64,000 bases of DNA, taken from Candidatus Omnitrophota bacterium (GTDB lineage Bacteria > Omnitrophota > Gorgyraeia > JABMRN01 > RBG-13-46-9). The stretch covers positions 41,006 to 105,005 of the forward strand of contig JABMQJ010000026.1 in the NCBI GenBank assembly GCA_013203315.1, read 5' to 3'. Below the pieces are notes generated by a model. It was not told the origin of the DNA, did no database searches, and worked only from the letters and a program-made list of their open reading frames with translations. The number at the start of each line of letters is the position of its first letter. Position 1 is the stretch's first letter. Positions 19,586 to 31,700 of this stretch are shown piece by piece. The position numbers were made by a program, and so were the translations under genes.

Positions 19586-19617
19586 ATGGGGGCGTCCCCA
19601 TAAAGATGATTTTTTTT
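19586..19617 (+). terminator. weak candidate intrinsic terminator after the sigma-factor gene
   Basis: A GC hairpin ATGGGG-GCGT-CCCCAT is followed 8 nt later by a T8 run. The hairpin-to-U-tract spacing is non-canonical. Confidence 0.3.
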
Positions 19618-19761
19618 GAAATAAAGTGAAATATTCCGGGATTTAGGGGATTATACATAATAGAAGCTTAAAAAAGCTTGGCAAAAATCTACGTGTTTTG
19701 AGTTTCGTATCTACGTCTTTTTTTATGTCCTGAAACTTAGGACATTTAAAAAGGGATAAAT

Positions 19762-19767
19762 AAGGAG
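19762..19767 (+). promoter_or_regulatory. Shine-Dalgarno (AAGGAG) of the giant ORF
   Basis: AAGGAG lies 6 nt upstream of GTG 19774 and 9 nt upstream of ATG 19777. There is an in-frame TAA at 19747-19749. Confidence 0.6.
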
Positions 19768-19773
19768 ATCTAC

Positions 19774-22700
19774 GTGATGAATGCTTGGCGTCCTTGGCAG
19801 TCTTGGCGAGTTTGGCAAGAACGCAAACTAAATAAACGCGAAAGTAATTATAATAATATAGATGCTAATGGTCTATCCGGAGGCGGTGTGTCTTCGGACG
19901 ATTCTATGGAAGGCATGGCAGTTTGGACAAAACGCCATGCCCTTTTAATTAAAACTTTAGCATGGGTTTTAGTTTTTGCTTTTATAGTTTATGACATAAC
20001 ATGGGCGCAGGGCGGCGAGCCGCTTAGCCTTGGCGCTAAGGCGAGCGCCGTAAAAGTAAACGGCAGAGTTCACGAAGAAGGCATCAGGATACCGCGCGAC
20101 GCCGGCTGGGCTCACGAATCGCATATCAACGGCAGCGACGAATTTATATTTAACATACAAGACCCGCACGCAAGCCTCGATGCACAGCACTCAATCGTAA
20201 GAATCCTCGAGTCACTAAGCTCAAACTACGACCTGAACCTAATCGCGTTAGAAGGCGCCGAAGGCCCGATAGACATATCGTTTTTACGGACCTTCCCGGA
20301 CGCTGAGATACGGAAGCACGCGGCCGAATATCTAATGCGCGAAGGCCGCATGTCAGCGGGTGAATTCTTCGCAATTGTATCCGAAAAACCGATAAAGCTC
20401 TACGGCATAGAAAATAGTCGCCTGTATCTCGAAAACGTGGAAGTATTTACGAAATTCATGGAATCGAGGCAAGGCTGCATAGACCACGTAAAAGGCGCTT
20501 TAAAAGCCCTAGAGAAATTCGCGCCAAAAGTTTACTCAAAAGACCTTCAAAAGTTATTGAAAGCGTCCAGGCTCCACGAGGAAGACAAGCTCGCATTCGT
20601 TAAGTACTGGGAAGTTATTACGAAAATCGCAGAAGAACGCAATGTTGAACTTGGGGATTTTGCGGGCCTTCCGCAACTACTGGCAGCAATTGAAATCGAG
20701 AAGGAAATCGATACAAAAGAGCTCAACAAGGAAAGAAAGCAGCTTCTTGACGAGCTTACAAATACGCTCACAAAGCCAGAGCTCGAAGACCTCGTAAAAA
20801 CATCTCTCGATTACAAAACCGGCAAAGTATCCCAAAGCCAGTTTCACAAGTACGTGATGCGCCTTGCGCTGGATAAAGGCCTTTTCCTTCAGCAATACTC
20901 CAACCTGGCAACGTTTAGCCGATACATCGCCGCTTACGAAGACATAAACTTCATGCAGCTTTTCCTCGAGATAGAGCAAGTTGAAGCCCGTCTCAGGGAG
21001 ATCTTATTCCTGAGCGATGAAGAAAGGGAGCTCTATAACTTCACAAAAGCAGTCCGCACCACAAAAAAGCTATTCGATATCGCAGTAGGCAATAGCGACT
21101 ACGAATTTATCCTGGAAAGCAAGAAATACTTCAATACAGATAACCTGCGCGAATTTATTAACAAAACCTACAAAAAATATGCCCTGATCAATGAAGATGA
21201 GTATGACGTAAATCGCGTATTCGAAAAACTAAGTGATGGCACCGAGCTTTATAACGTAGCCCAAAAGCGTAATAATGCCATGATTTCAAACACCCTAAGA
21301 GCCATGAGGATTAACAAGGAATACGCTGCCGCTCTCATAACCGGTGGTTTCCACTCAAAAGGCTTAGCAGAACTCATAAGAAAAAAAGAGCTTTCATACC
21401 TGATTGTAATGCCGAAATACGAAGGCGAAAACAAAAGGCCGTATATAGCCGTTCTTACACAGAAACGCCAACCTTACGAGGAACTTCTTGAAACCGGCGA
21501 ATACATGCTAGCAGTAAGGGCTTTCTGTTGGGACAGCGATCCGCGGAACATGGCAAGGGTCATAATGCCGATCGCAATATTGGCAGAACGCGGGCCTCTA
21601 TCATTTGAAGATCTTGTTACGCAACACTATGAACAATTTTTACCTGTTTTTGAATACTATCAGAAGGCAAGAGAACAGTGGGGTGGCGATGGCTTGAGAA
21701 CGCCGGTTGCGGAAAAAGACTTCTGCGCTATATACGGAGCAGAGGCGGATGCAAGCGGTAAACCGATTAGGGGCGAAGATGGCAAAATTCAGATAAAAAC
21801 AAAACCGGTTGTAGTTAGAACATCGGTAGCGAACACACCAGTTTTTGTCGTGCGCCTCAAAATAAACGGTGAGAGTTTTGTTGGCTGCTTCGCTGAAAAA
21901 GACGGAAATTTTGAGTACCTCAGCCTGGATAGCTCAATGGCTAAAAAAGCAATAAGGAGCGCGACACGAAAAACCAGGAGATTAGCTTCGGAAAGAAAAG
22001 AAATTACCGCCGCAGTAGCGCGAGACGTTTCAATTGACGGGGCTGAAGGCATATTAGAAGGGCTAGGATCGCTATATATAGAGGAAAGCGCACTTAATAC
22101 AGACCAAATAGCAGAGCGTGATAAGGCGCTTGAACTTATTGGAGCAGCAGCCAGTCGGCTTAATGGCCAAGAGGTAACCGTTAATAGGGCTGTTCGAGCC
22201 TTTGCAGGCGCAGCAGGTGCAGCAGGATATAGGATAGACCGAAAGAAGATCGGAGAAGACCTTCAGAATGTTATTGCAGCAGAAATAAAAAAGAAATTAA
22301 CACCGGAAGCTGCAGTCATACCGGATTTAGATAACAGGCTTAGCGAAAAGATAGAAAGATCCTTAAAGGAGCACCCCGAACAGAGAAATCCGGAATCCCT
22401 AGCAAGTTTAAAACAAAAGCTGCTGGAATTATACAAAAAGATTTCGTCTTCTAAAGATATATTAGGTAACCCGGAGAAACAGGAGAAACTAGCGGCATTA
22501 ATTGAATATACATTTGACAAGCTTTTAGATCAAGACGTAGATGATCTGAAGCTCCCGTATACTCCTCACGGCGCAAAACACTCGCTTGACGTTGCTAATT
22601 ATATGGAAAGCCTGGTAGAAAATACCCCCGGTCTTAAAGAAAGGCTGGAAGATCTCTACGGCGAGAATTATAAAGAAATAGTTTTTTTGCTTGGACTTCT

Positions 22701-25700
22701 TCATGACATAGGATATGCCGGATTGGAAGGCGCTAAGAAACAATTTGGAAAAGATAAAGTCGAAAAAGGTTATCATGCTGACTTAGGTGCGGCTATGGCA
22801 AGGGATGACTTATCCGCTATTTTGCGGGAACTTTTTGGCATGGAAAGAGATGGGTCTCGGGAAGACAAAAGCGCGTTAGACGATTTCATAGATGCGATAT
22901 TGCTGCACGGCGCGGATAAACGAAGTGTAGAAGAAGAAGGTCCTGAAGGTTCCGGCGAGCATAAGCATACACCGGCAAGCGAAACTAATAACCCTCTCCT
23001 CATGCTGGTGAGGTTAGCAGATAATCTGGATGTCTCCAGGGATAGGCTGAGAGGTTGGCAGAAGAATCCGTGGTTTATGAGAATACTTTATCACATGGCG
23101 AACGATCAGGTTCTGCAGGATATTTCAGAAAGAAAGGACCTGACAAAAGACCAACGCGAAAACTTAATCAATGAAAGATTGAAATATCTAAGGGCAGAGG
23201 AGCTTAAAAAGCTGAAAAAAAGAAAAAAACTTGCCCAAAGAGTGCGGGAAAGTGGTGATACGGAAGCCATGGAAGAGTTCTGTAATGAGTTTCAGATTGA
23301 TCCGCAGACAGATCAAGAAATGATAATGCAATTATTGGAACAACTAACTAAGCCAGGCTCTGAACAGGAGTTTAAGAGAATTGAAGAAATGATTGGCAAA
23401 ATGGATAACGAGGCATTCAAGCACTTTATAGGTGCCTTGGCTATCAGGGAACTTATATTGAGCGTAGATGAAGAAGGAAATTTAGCGATAAAAGCCATCG
23501 TTACGGACAGGGCAGACAATCCTATTTGGAGGGAGGCTGCCGAATTCCAGATAAATGGTAAAGGAAGAACCAATAATGCGCTAGAGTCACTTAGTATAAA
23601 CGGAAGAACTGTGAGAGTCCAAATCAGCTATGGAAAAAAGCAGTTGGAACTACCAATGCCAGGTGATCTCGGGAAACCAGTTGGTGCATTGGCCTCAGTT
23701 GCTGCATTGGCCATTGATGTAATGGAAGCGCAGAGCGTACTAGCTGTGCCGGGAGCCGAAGTGCATGTAGAAGACGTTACCCTGCCTGCAGCCACGTCTG
23801 TAGTAGACGTTACCCCGCCTGCAGCTACGTCTGTTGTAGATACAACCCAAATCCAGCCTCAAATCGAGCTGGATGAAGCCAAGAAAGTATCTCCGTATTT
23901 AGCAAGAGTACTCCCCACATTAAGCCCAGAAATATTGAGCCAAAAAACCGGTATAAAAGCCGAGGTAGTAGACCTTGCCGGCACGCTACTTGGCATAAGA
24001 GATTATCTTTTAATGAAAGAAGAAGGCAAAGAATTAGTCATGGCATGGATCCTGGAAGATAACGAGAGAAAACAGAAGATGATGGAAAAAGCCGGAGAAG
24101 ATTATAAAGGAGACGGTTATGATTTAGTCTTGCAGGTAGCTGAAAAGCGTTTTGTAGATGGTAAGAGAGAAAAAGAAAGCGACAGGGCTGCTGCCAGACG
24201 CGTTGCATTAGGAATGGTGGCGCAGATTATAGCATACTACGGGAAGGAAAATATCGCTGCCCCCGGTGTCGAAAAAATAACAGCCAAAGCGCTGCAGGGT
24301 AAAATAAATAATGCCTTTACAAGGAGAGATAGGGCCAGACGCGAACAGCTTCTTGTAGAACACGGCATAGACATAGCGGAAAGTAATGCCCAGCTATTAG
24401 TAACCACAAATACAATCGACTTGGAAGGAAGAATAGGCATATTAGGAAGGTTCGGCGTTACGGTTACCGCAGATCTTCTTTTATGCAGCGAAAAGTTATT
24501 GGAAACCAATATACCTATTATAATTGGGCATGACATAAAACCGGAAGATATAACCGCAGATCACGTTCATAACTTTCAAGATACGTTAAGAACAGAGCGC
24601 GAGGAAGATGTAAGACACATAGCGAGCTTAGGTGCTGACGAAGAAAATGCAGGGGCGCAAGCAACCGCGCGGCACGAGGCCGTTCAAGCAAAAATAGACC
24701 GAGTGGATCGTGAGCGTGAGGCACTTGTGAGGAACTTAATATCTGCGCGTCAAAAAAAGCACAATACGCGCATGAAGGCAGAAGGCCAGAACCCGATCGA
24801 AGGTACATACGAGGATATTGCGTTTCGCAGGGACGCGCTAGGAAAAGAAATTTTCGGCAAACTTTCCTCGCTTAAAGAGGAACTTGCACAGAATATTCCG
24901 GAGGACGATGCAATAACAGCAATAAAGCAAGAACTGGAAGAGCTCAAAACAAGGGTAATAGAACTTGATAAGAGAAGAAGAGAAAGAAAAGGTATTTCGA
25001 GAATACTTAATCTCGTAACCCGAATGATAATAGGAAGGCGTGTCCGTAGGATAGCTCGGCTGGAATTTGAACTAAACGAACGAATTCCGCAAGCCGCGCT
25101 CATGATTCAAAAGATAGATCTTTATGAAGCAGGATTGCTTCAGGCCGAGCCGCAGGATATAGGCATGTTGCGAAATGAAATCGAGAATGCCCTTTCTCGA
25201 AATGACGCCAAAGACTTCAAAAAGCTAGTAAGAGAATATCTGACAAAAACAAGGGTATTAAACGATATAGATAACGAGCTAGACAAATTTGAATCGGATC
25301 GAGAAAATCAGGTTGCCCACGAGGAACGATTCTACATGTATTGCCCGCAGTCTGTAAGGGACTATATAGAGGTAAGGCGCTCTGAGATAGCCGAGCTTAA
25401 GGCCAAGATAGATGCGCTTGACGCAAAAATAGAATCCGGAAGAACCGTGAAAGGATTCAGGAGAATCCTTAGAGGTCGTCGCTTTGGAATTTTGACTTTG
25501 TTAACACGTGTTAGAAAATTATTTCATAAATTGCAGCTCAACAGATTAGAGGCACAGTCAACCCCGGAAGCGATTATTGCCAGGCTTTCCGAGGCTGCAA
25601 GGAGACACCTTGCATTCCAAACCAATGAATGGTCCAGATTCAACGGATTTTTAGGAGGTCTTGCGGATATTAACACGCTTGTCAAGGGAGGTATTCCGGT

Positions 25701-28700
25701 GATAGCAGACATGGCAGTTCGTCTTGTTTCAAGGGAGCGGCAAAAACCCCTTACACCGGAGGAAAGAAAAGAACTTGAAGACAAAATAGATGAAAGAGTA
25801 AGAGAACAATTAGGCATTGAAATCACCGATGACGAAATAAAAATAGATGGGAATGGCAAAATACAAAGCGAAATTGCATTATTTTTCGGAAGAAACCTGA
25901 ATTTAAAACCCGGCGCACAGCAGCCATCATTCCTGAGAGACTTCGTTTTTCTTACCGCTGTTAAATCCGGAAAATTCAGAATAAAAGATAAAGATGGAAA
26001 TGTCAAAGAAGTGAATCTTAGTAAAAGGTATGAAGCGCTTACCGGTGAAGAAAAACAAGCATTCGATAGCGAACTTGCCGAGATATGCCGCGGCGCAGAA
26101 GATGACCTGGTAAAATTAGCCATACACGATTTTCTTATACCATGGGCCGGAGAACGGCAACCCAATATAGTAGCTACGCTCTCTGCAAAAAGTGAAGAAC
26201 TAATGAAGAGCCTCGAGGCGCGCAATGAAGCCATAATCGATCTTTTCGAAAAGAATTTGTTAGTTACAGATAAGGAAATGATAATACAAATGGAAGCGCC
26301 GAGCATACCCTGGAGAGATCTCGGCAGGGTAGCTGCTACCATTGCCGGTATTTCCCTTGTTGGGGGCATCATTGCAGCGACCGGGGGATGTGGTGCATCG
26401 CCAGTACTCAACCAGCCTGCCGTTGAACAAGCAGCGCAGCAAGCTGCGCAGCAAGTTGCAGAAGTACCGCAAGAACCAGCCTTGCCGCCGGCAGAGCCAA
26501 CAAAAGCAACCGTACCTACCCCTGCGAAACAACCGGAAAAGCGTGTTACAAAACCTAAAGCAAAGACACCCAAAGCCGAAGTAGCAGAGGAACCCGAGGT
26601 AGAGAAACCCAAGGTATCGGAAGGATTAGATGCATTAGATGTATTATTGCCACAGGTACCGGGAGAAGGCGAATGGCTAGATAAATTAGTGCCAGAGGTA
26701 GAACCGGGAGCAGCGATACCTAGAGCAAGAGTGCCAGAGATGGTAGAGCTGTCCGTGCGAGACTTCCATGAGAGCCTGTATGGTTTCCCACGGGATCAAG
26801 CCGACGGACTTAAAGACACTCATTTAACACGCGATGATTTGAAGAATATCTTTTCAAGGCTTAGCGGAAGTGTCGGACATAATCAGTCGTGGGAAGGTGC
26901 GCTTAGTCAAACAACAATACATATGAACGGAGTTTTAAGATGGCTTCGTGATAACAACATAAAACCTGAACAAATTCCTATGCTCTGGAGCCGCATTCCG
27001 CGCACAATGCTTACAGGCGACCAAGCGCATACGATAGACCAATTAAGCCCCGGATTTTTGGAAGTATTGGGCCTTGCAATGAGCTTTTACGCAAACGATA
27101 TTGCAAGCCCCGCAAATATTGAGGAACGCGGAGGAAGAGCGCTTTTGGCGCAAAAAAGAAGCGAAATATTACGCGACCTGAAAAATTATATAGCAGGCGG
27201 AAACATTATTGCGAAGCCGGGTTCGCGTGCCGCACGCTTTGAAAATATCCCCGAATCACGCCGAAGGCTTGAACTTGGGTGGAATAAATTTGTGACTAAT
27301 AGCCTTGGATCGATAGATGCCGCAACTATGACTCTTTCCGATTCAAAGGACTTAAGAAGTGAACAGGAAAAGTTATCCCCGGCGCTTGATATTATACTTG
27401 GACGACCGGTGAACCTTAGGAGTAAAGTTGATAGAAACCTACTGCAGACCCTCGCTTCCTTTGCAAAACTTAACGGAATTAAAGCAGAGGACATGACCTT
27501 GCTTATAAAAGCCGGTATGCCATTAGGACAGCTTGTACCACTATTTCATAGTTCGGCTACAATATCAGAACAACAAAGAATCCAAGCCAATATGACCCAA
27601 GAAGAGATCAGCAGAACACATGCCCGCCATAATGCAATAGCGCTTAGCCGAGCTCGCCAAAAACATATAGCAAGGCTAGATAAGGCCAACCAAAGATTCC
27701 AGAGAAGAATGAGTACTCTTGAATCTCAAGGTCTTACAGGCCCACGAACAGAATACGTGCAGAGACAATTAGCAGACTTACAAAGCCAAATAGATGCTCA
27801 GCAAACTCTCTTAGGTTATTGGATAGAAGCAGATAATTCCAAGTATTACTTCGAGAGGGAAATAAAAGAGAGTACAACATCACCTGGGGACATCAGGCAA
27901 GAAATCGATGGAACCATAGCCGCAAGCAACAGCATAATATTGTTAAACGAACATTTAAATAATTTCCTTAGCATAATAAAGGCGACGTTCGAGAATCTCC
28001 GTCCGGGCGAGAGCTTGAGCGATATACTTGCCGAGGGAGATACGGCGCAACTCGCTAGGCTCGGACGTGAAGCTTATGCGGTAAGAGCAAATTTTGCAAC
28101 TATGTACGAGGTCATTTCAAGAGTCGCTGACCAATACGAGAACCCGCTAGCAAGCGCACTTTACTTTGCCTCCCAGAACGGGAAGGCTTTTCCGGGCACA
28201 TATGTTGATGAAAATGGTGCTAGAAAAAAACTGGCTTATTTTGTGGAAAAAGACGGCCAGCGCCCGATCATAAAAGTTATTTATGACAATGAGCCGGAAC
28301 CGCGCAGGACCTATGTAGACTGCGAATTTGATGAAAGAGAATGGCGAAATATAGAGGCGTCGGTAAAAGGTGAACGTGACCCCAACCCTACCAGGGATAT
28401 TAACGATCCAACCAAGCCCGGTAAGCTTCTTGAAAAATTAGGTCCCGCTATGGAAATAGAAGAAGGCATAGAGGGAATTCCCGAACCCGTAATCGGCTTA
28501 CCCGGGGGTATAGGCGACTTGGGCGTGACTGGTGAAGATCTCTTACAGCCCGCGACACAACCCAAAGTGCAAACCGAAGCTGAAAAAGCGGAAGAAGCCC
28601 GTCTGGAAAAGGTGAAGGGAGAGATTGCAACTAACTTTGACCTAGCAAATAAGGCACTGGATGGGGCAACTGAGGCCCTTAACGCGGATAACCTCGAAAA

Positions 28701-31700
28701 AGCGGACGACGAAATAGAAAAAGCAAAGGCTTTATACGATAGACTTGTAAGATATTCCTTCCGGAATGAGCCGGTAAAGCCCGGGGACCTTAAGGCGCTA
28801 AAAAACAGGATATCCGAAGCCGAGACTCAGCGGAAGGAAAGCCGGATATATAAGAGAGTACAAAAGCTTGAAAAAAGGTTATCTAGAATCTCAATAACCA
28901 TAGAAAACATACGTAGAAACGCGAATAAATTTGAAAATGAAACGGACTATAAACGCGCGAAAGATATAATTGACGGCATATTCGCTTCTTTAAAGAAAGA
29001 ATTTTCCACCGGGGAATTGGAGTATAAAAAACAAGAAATAGATGCCTTAAAAGTGGAGTCCCGGCTCGCCGATAGTTTTGCCAGGGCATTTTTATTATTC
29101 AAGAAAGCAAAACAGGATCAAGCAAAATTCGATGCCCAAAGGGAAGAAGCAAAGCGTAAGTACGAGGCGATAAAGGAAAAAATAACCAACGCCCCGCGAC
29201 TTCAGGGACTTCCCCTTGCCCGGGGAATGGTGCACGTATTTCTGCATGGCAACGGCAGCCCCAGCCTCGCGCGATTTTTTAACAGAAACAAACCGAGGCA
29301 CGGAAGATTTGACGAAGGCGATGTTATTGTAAGTGATACACCGGTACCCGATCATCTTAAGGGTAAGAATGTGGAATGGTATCGTTATAAAATAAGTTTC
29401 CTCAGGAAAGAAAAAATTCCCCTTAAGTCCGGCGATCCCAAAGCGACCCATGTTTCGGTAGACGGAAAAGAGTACTCGGTATATGGCCCTGTTTACATGG
29501 TATTGGAAAAGATAGAAAAAGGCAAAAAAACTATAAGGGTAGCGAACGATACAATTGATTTGATGAAGCTTGTAGGCACAGGGTATACACTTAATGATGA
29601 AAATGGAAATCCGCTGTTCTCAGAAGCCGTAGTAAAACTCGCCAAGGACAACGACTACGATGCGGCTGCGATACAATGGAATATAGATTTATCGAGACAG
29701 AGACACGAAGGCATACGCCAGGCGAAAGAGAACTCAGAGGAGCATGTGGTAAGACTGATACTCGATTCCTGGCAGGCCCATGCGGAAAATCTTGAGATTG
29801 AAGAAGCGTGGGCGGAAATGCTTCGCACAATGTCCGAGGGCACAAAGGTTGAACTGGGCATATCAATAGGGGCCTATACAAAGTCGCTTCCATTTGTGTC
29901 GGTGTGGGCCGGTATTACCAGGATCATAGATAAAAGAAGAGATGCTTATGTCAGCCAGGGTTTCTGGAAATATTATGTTAAGATTCAAGAGGTTAAGAAT
30001 AGACAGGTTAAGCGGGTAAGCAGGGCCCTCGCGGACCTGACTGAACTGGGAGAAGTAAGGGCCGAATTGACACGCCTCAAAGGCGATGAAACGAATTATA
30101 AAAATCTCCTGAAGAAAGAAAGGGACAAAAAATCTCAAAGGGCAATAAGGGCCAGGCTGGCTTCTATCGGCGCAGAAATAGCAGGGCTCCAGGCCCGCGA
30201 CAGCGAGTTAAGCGAAGGCGTTCTTACTGAAATGGGCGAAAAGCTTAAGATAGATGAGATAGTAATCGATCCTAATAGACGTCTGAGGAAATGGCAGATT
30301 AACCGGATTCTTGCTCAATATGGGGTAGACGCGGGCACGGTTTATCCTGTTATGCGCGCATACTATCTCAAAAAATGGGCTGAGGCCAAACAAAAAGAAG
30401 CAGAAGCAGGAAAAACACCTGTATATACCTCTAAATCCATCGTAAGCGGTTCTGCCAGCGCCGCCGGTTTTTATGGCGGCATATTCGCGAGCATGGATGC
30501 CAAATTCGTAGATAAGGAACTGACCCCGGCAGTGGCTGATGTAATAAAACTACGGCAGGATGTAAATGCCAATTGGACGGCATACAATTCGCAGCAGAAA
30601 AAGAAAAAACTCGAAGTCATTTCTAAGGCGATAGACGAAGTTATAGATGCCTCGAATAGGAAAATCAAGAATCTGGCAGAGCGCAAAGCCGATGCGGAGA
30701 AGAAATACAAAAAAGGACTTTTAACCTTTGGACAATACGACGAGGCGCTTATAAAACTGAGGGAAGCAGAAAAGGAACACTCCGCTATAGTAACGCAGGG
30801 AAGCGCAATACAATACGATTTATGGATGCTTCATGACGGCCTTGACAGACAGCTGGGAGACGCCGTTAAGCTCAAGAGAGAAAAAGGCGCAATAACCGCA
30901 AGTAAGTTCATGGAAGATGTGCTCAAAACATCCCGCGAGATTGGCGCCGGCAAAATGGCAGATGTAGATGTGCTGGAACATACCCGGCGCTTGAAGGAAG
31001 GGAAGGATAAAGGCGTAGTTACAATTGAAGGCGTTGGTGGCTTTGTAAGCACCGGCTCGGACGGAAAAGGTATTTCCTTGGGCGCGGGGGCATCAACAAC
31101 CCTTAAAATCGATACCTCGCGGGAACAGAAATTAGATATATTGGCAGATACCCTTCTTATATCTGAATTAAGAAAAGAAGCAACGGAAGAAGACGCGGCC
31201 ATTAATGCCTTAAACGCACTCATTAGTTATAGGGGTATAAAGAAACAGACAGAATACGCGACCGCAGGGAAGAAGCATTACGAGGACTATAAAAAAGGCG
31301 CCGGCACACGAGAAGAAAAAGCCGAAGCCGAAGGATATCTGGCTGACGCGGTTCTTAATTTGAGAGGAGCCGAGCGATGGCTGACATCCGCAATGAGAGA
31401 GGCAATCACGTTAAGAGGCGGAGATTTTGCGAATGTTACGGATATAGATGACCCCACTGTATTATCCGGTATTATAGCCGAACTAAAGGTGAATCGTTAT
31501 AAAAGAGAACTTGAGATATTAGACCTGCAGAAGAAAATTATAGAGGCCATGGCCACAATAATAGCCAAAGGAGATTCGTTCTCCCTGGCTTTAGGCCTTG
31601 CCTACGCGGTTCAATCAGATGGTGGTTCCACGCTGCAGACGATCGGATTTAACATACAAATGGAATCGAATATATTCGGTCCGTTCTTACCCCTTATTAT

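Noticed and set aside
26330-26640. Pro/Ala/Gln-rich segment after a TM helix considered as a separate secreted low-complexity gene
   Set aside because: It is in frame and continuous with the giant ORF on both sides. It is a linker within the giant protein.
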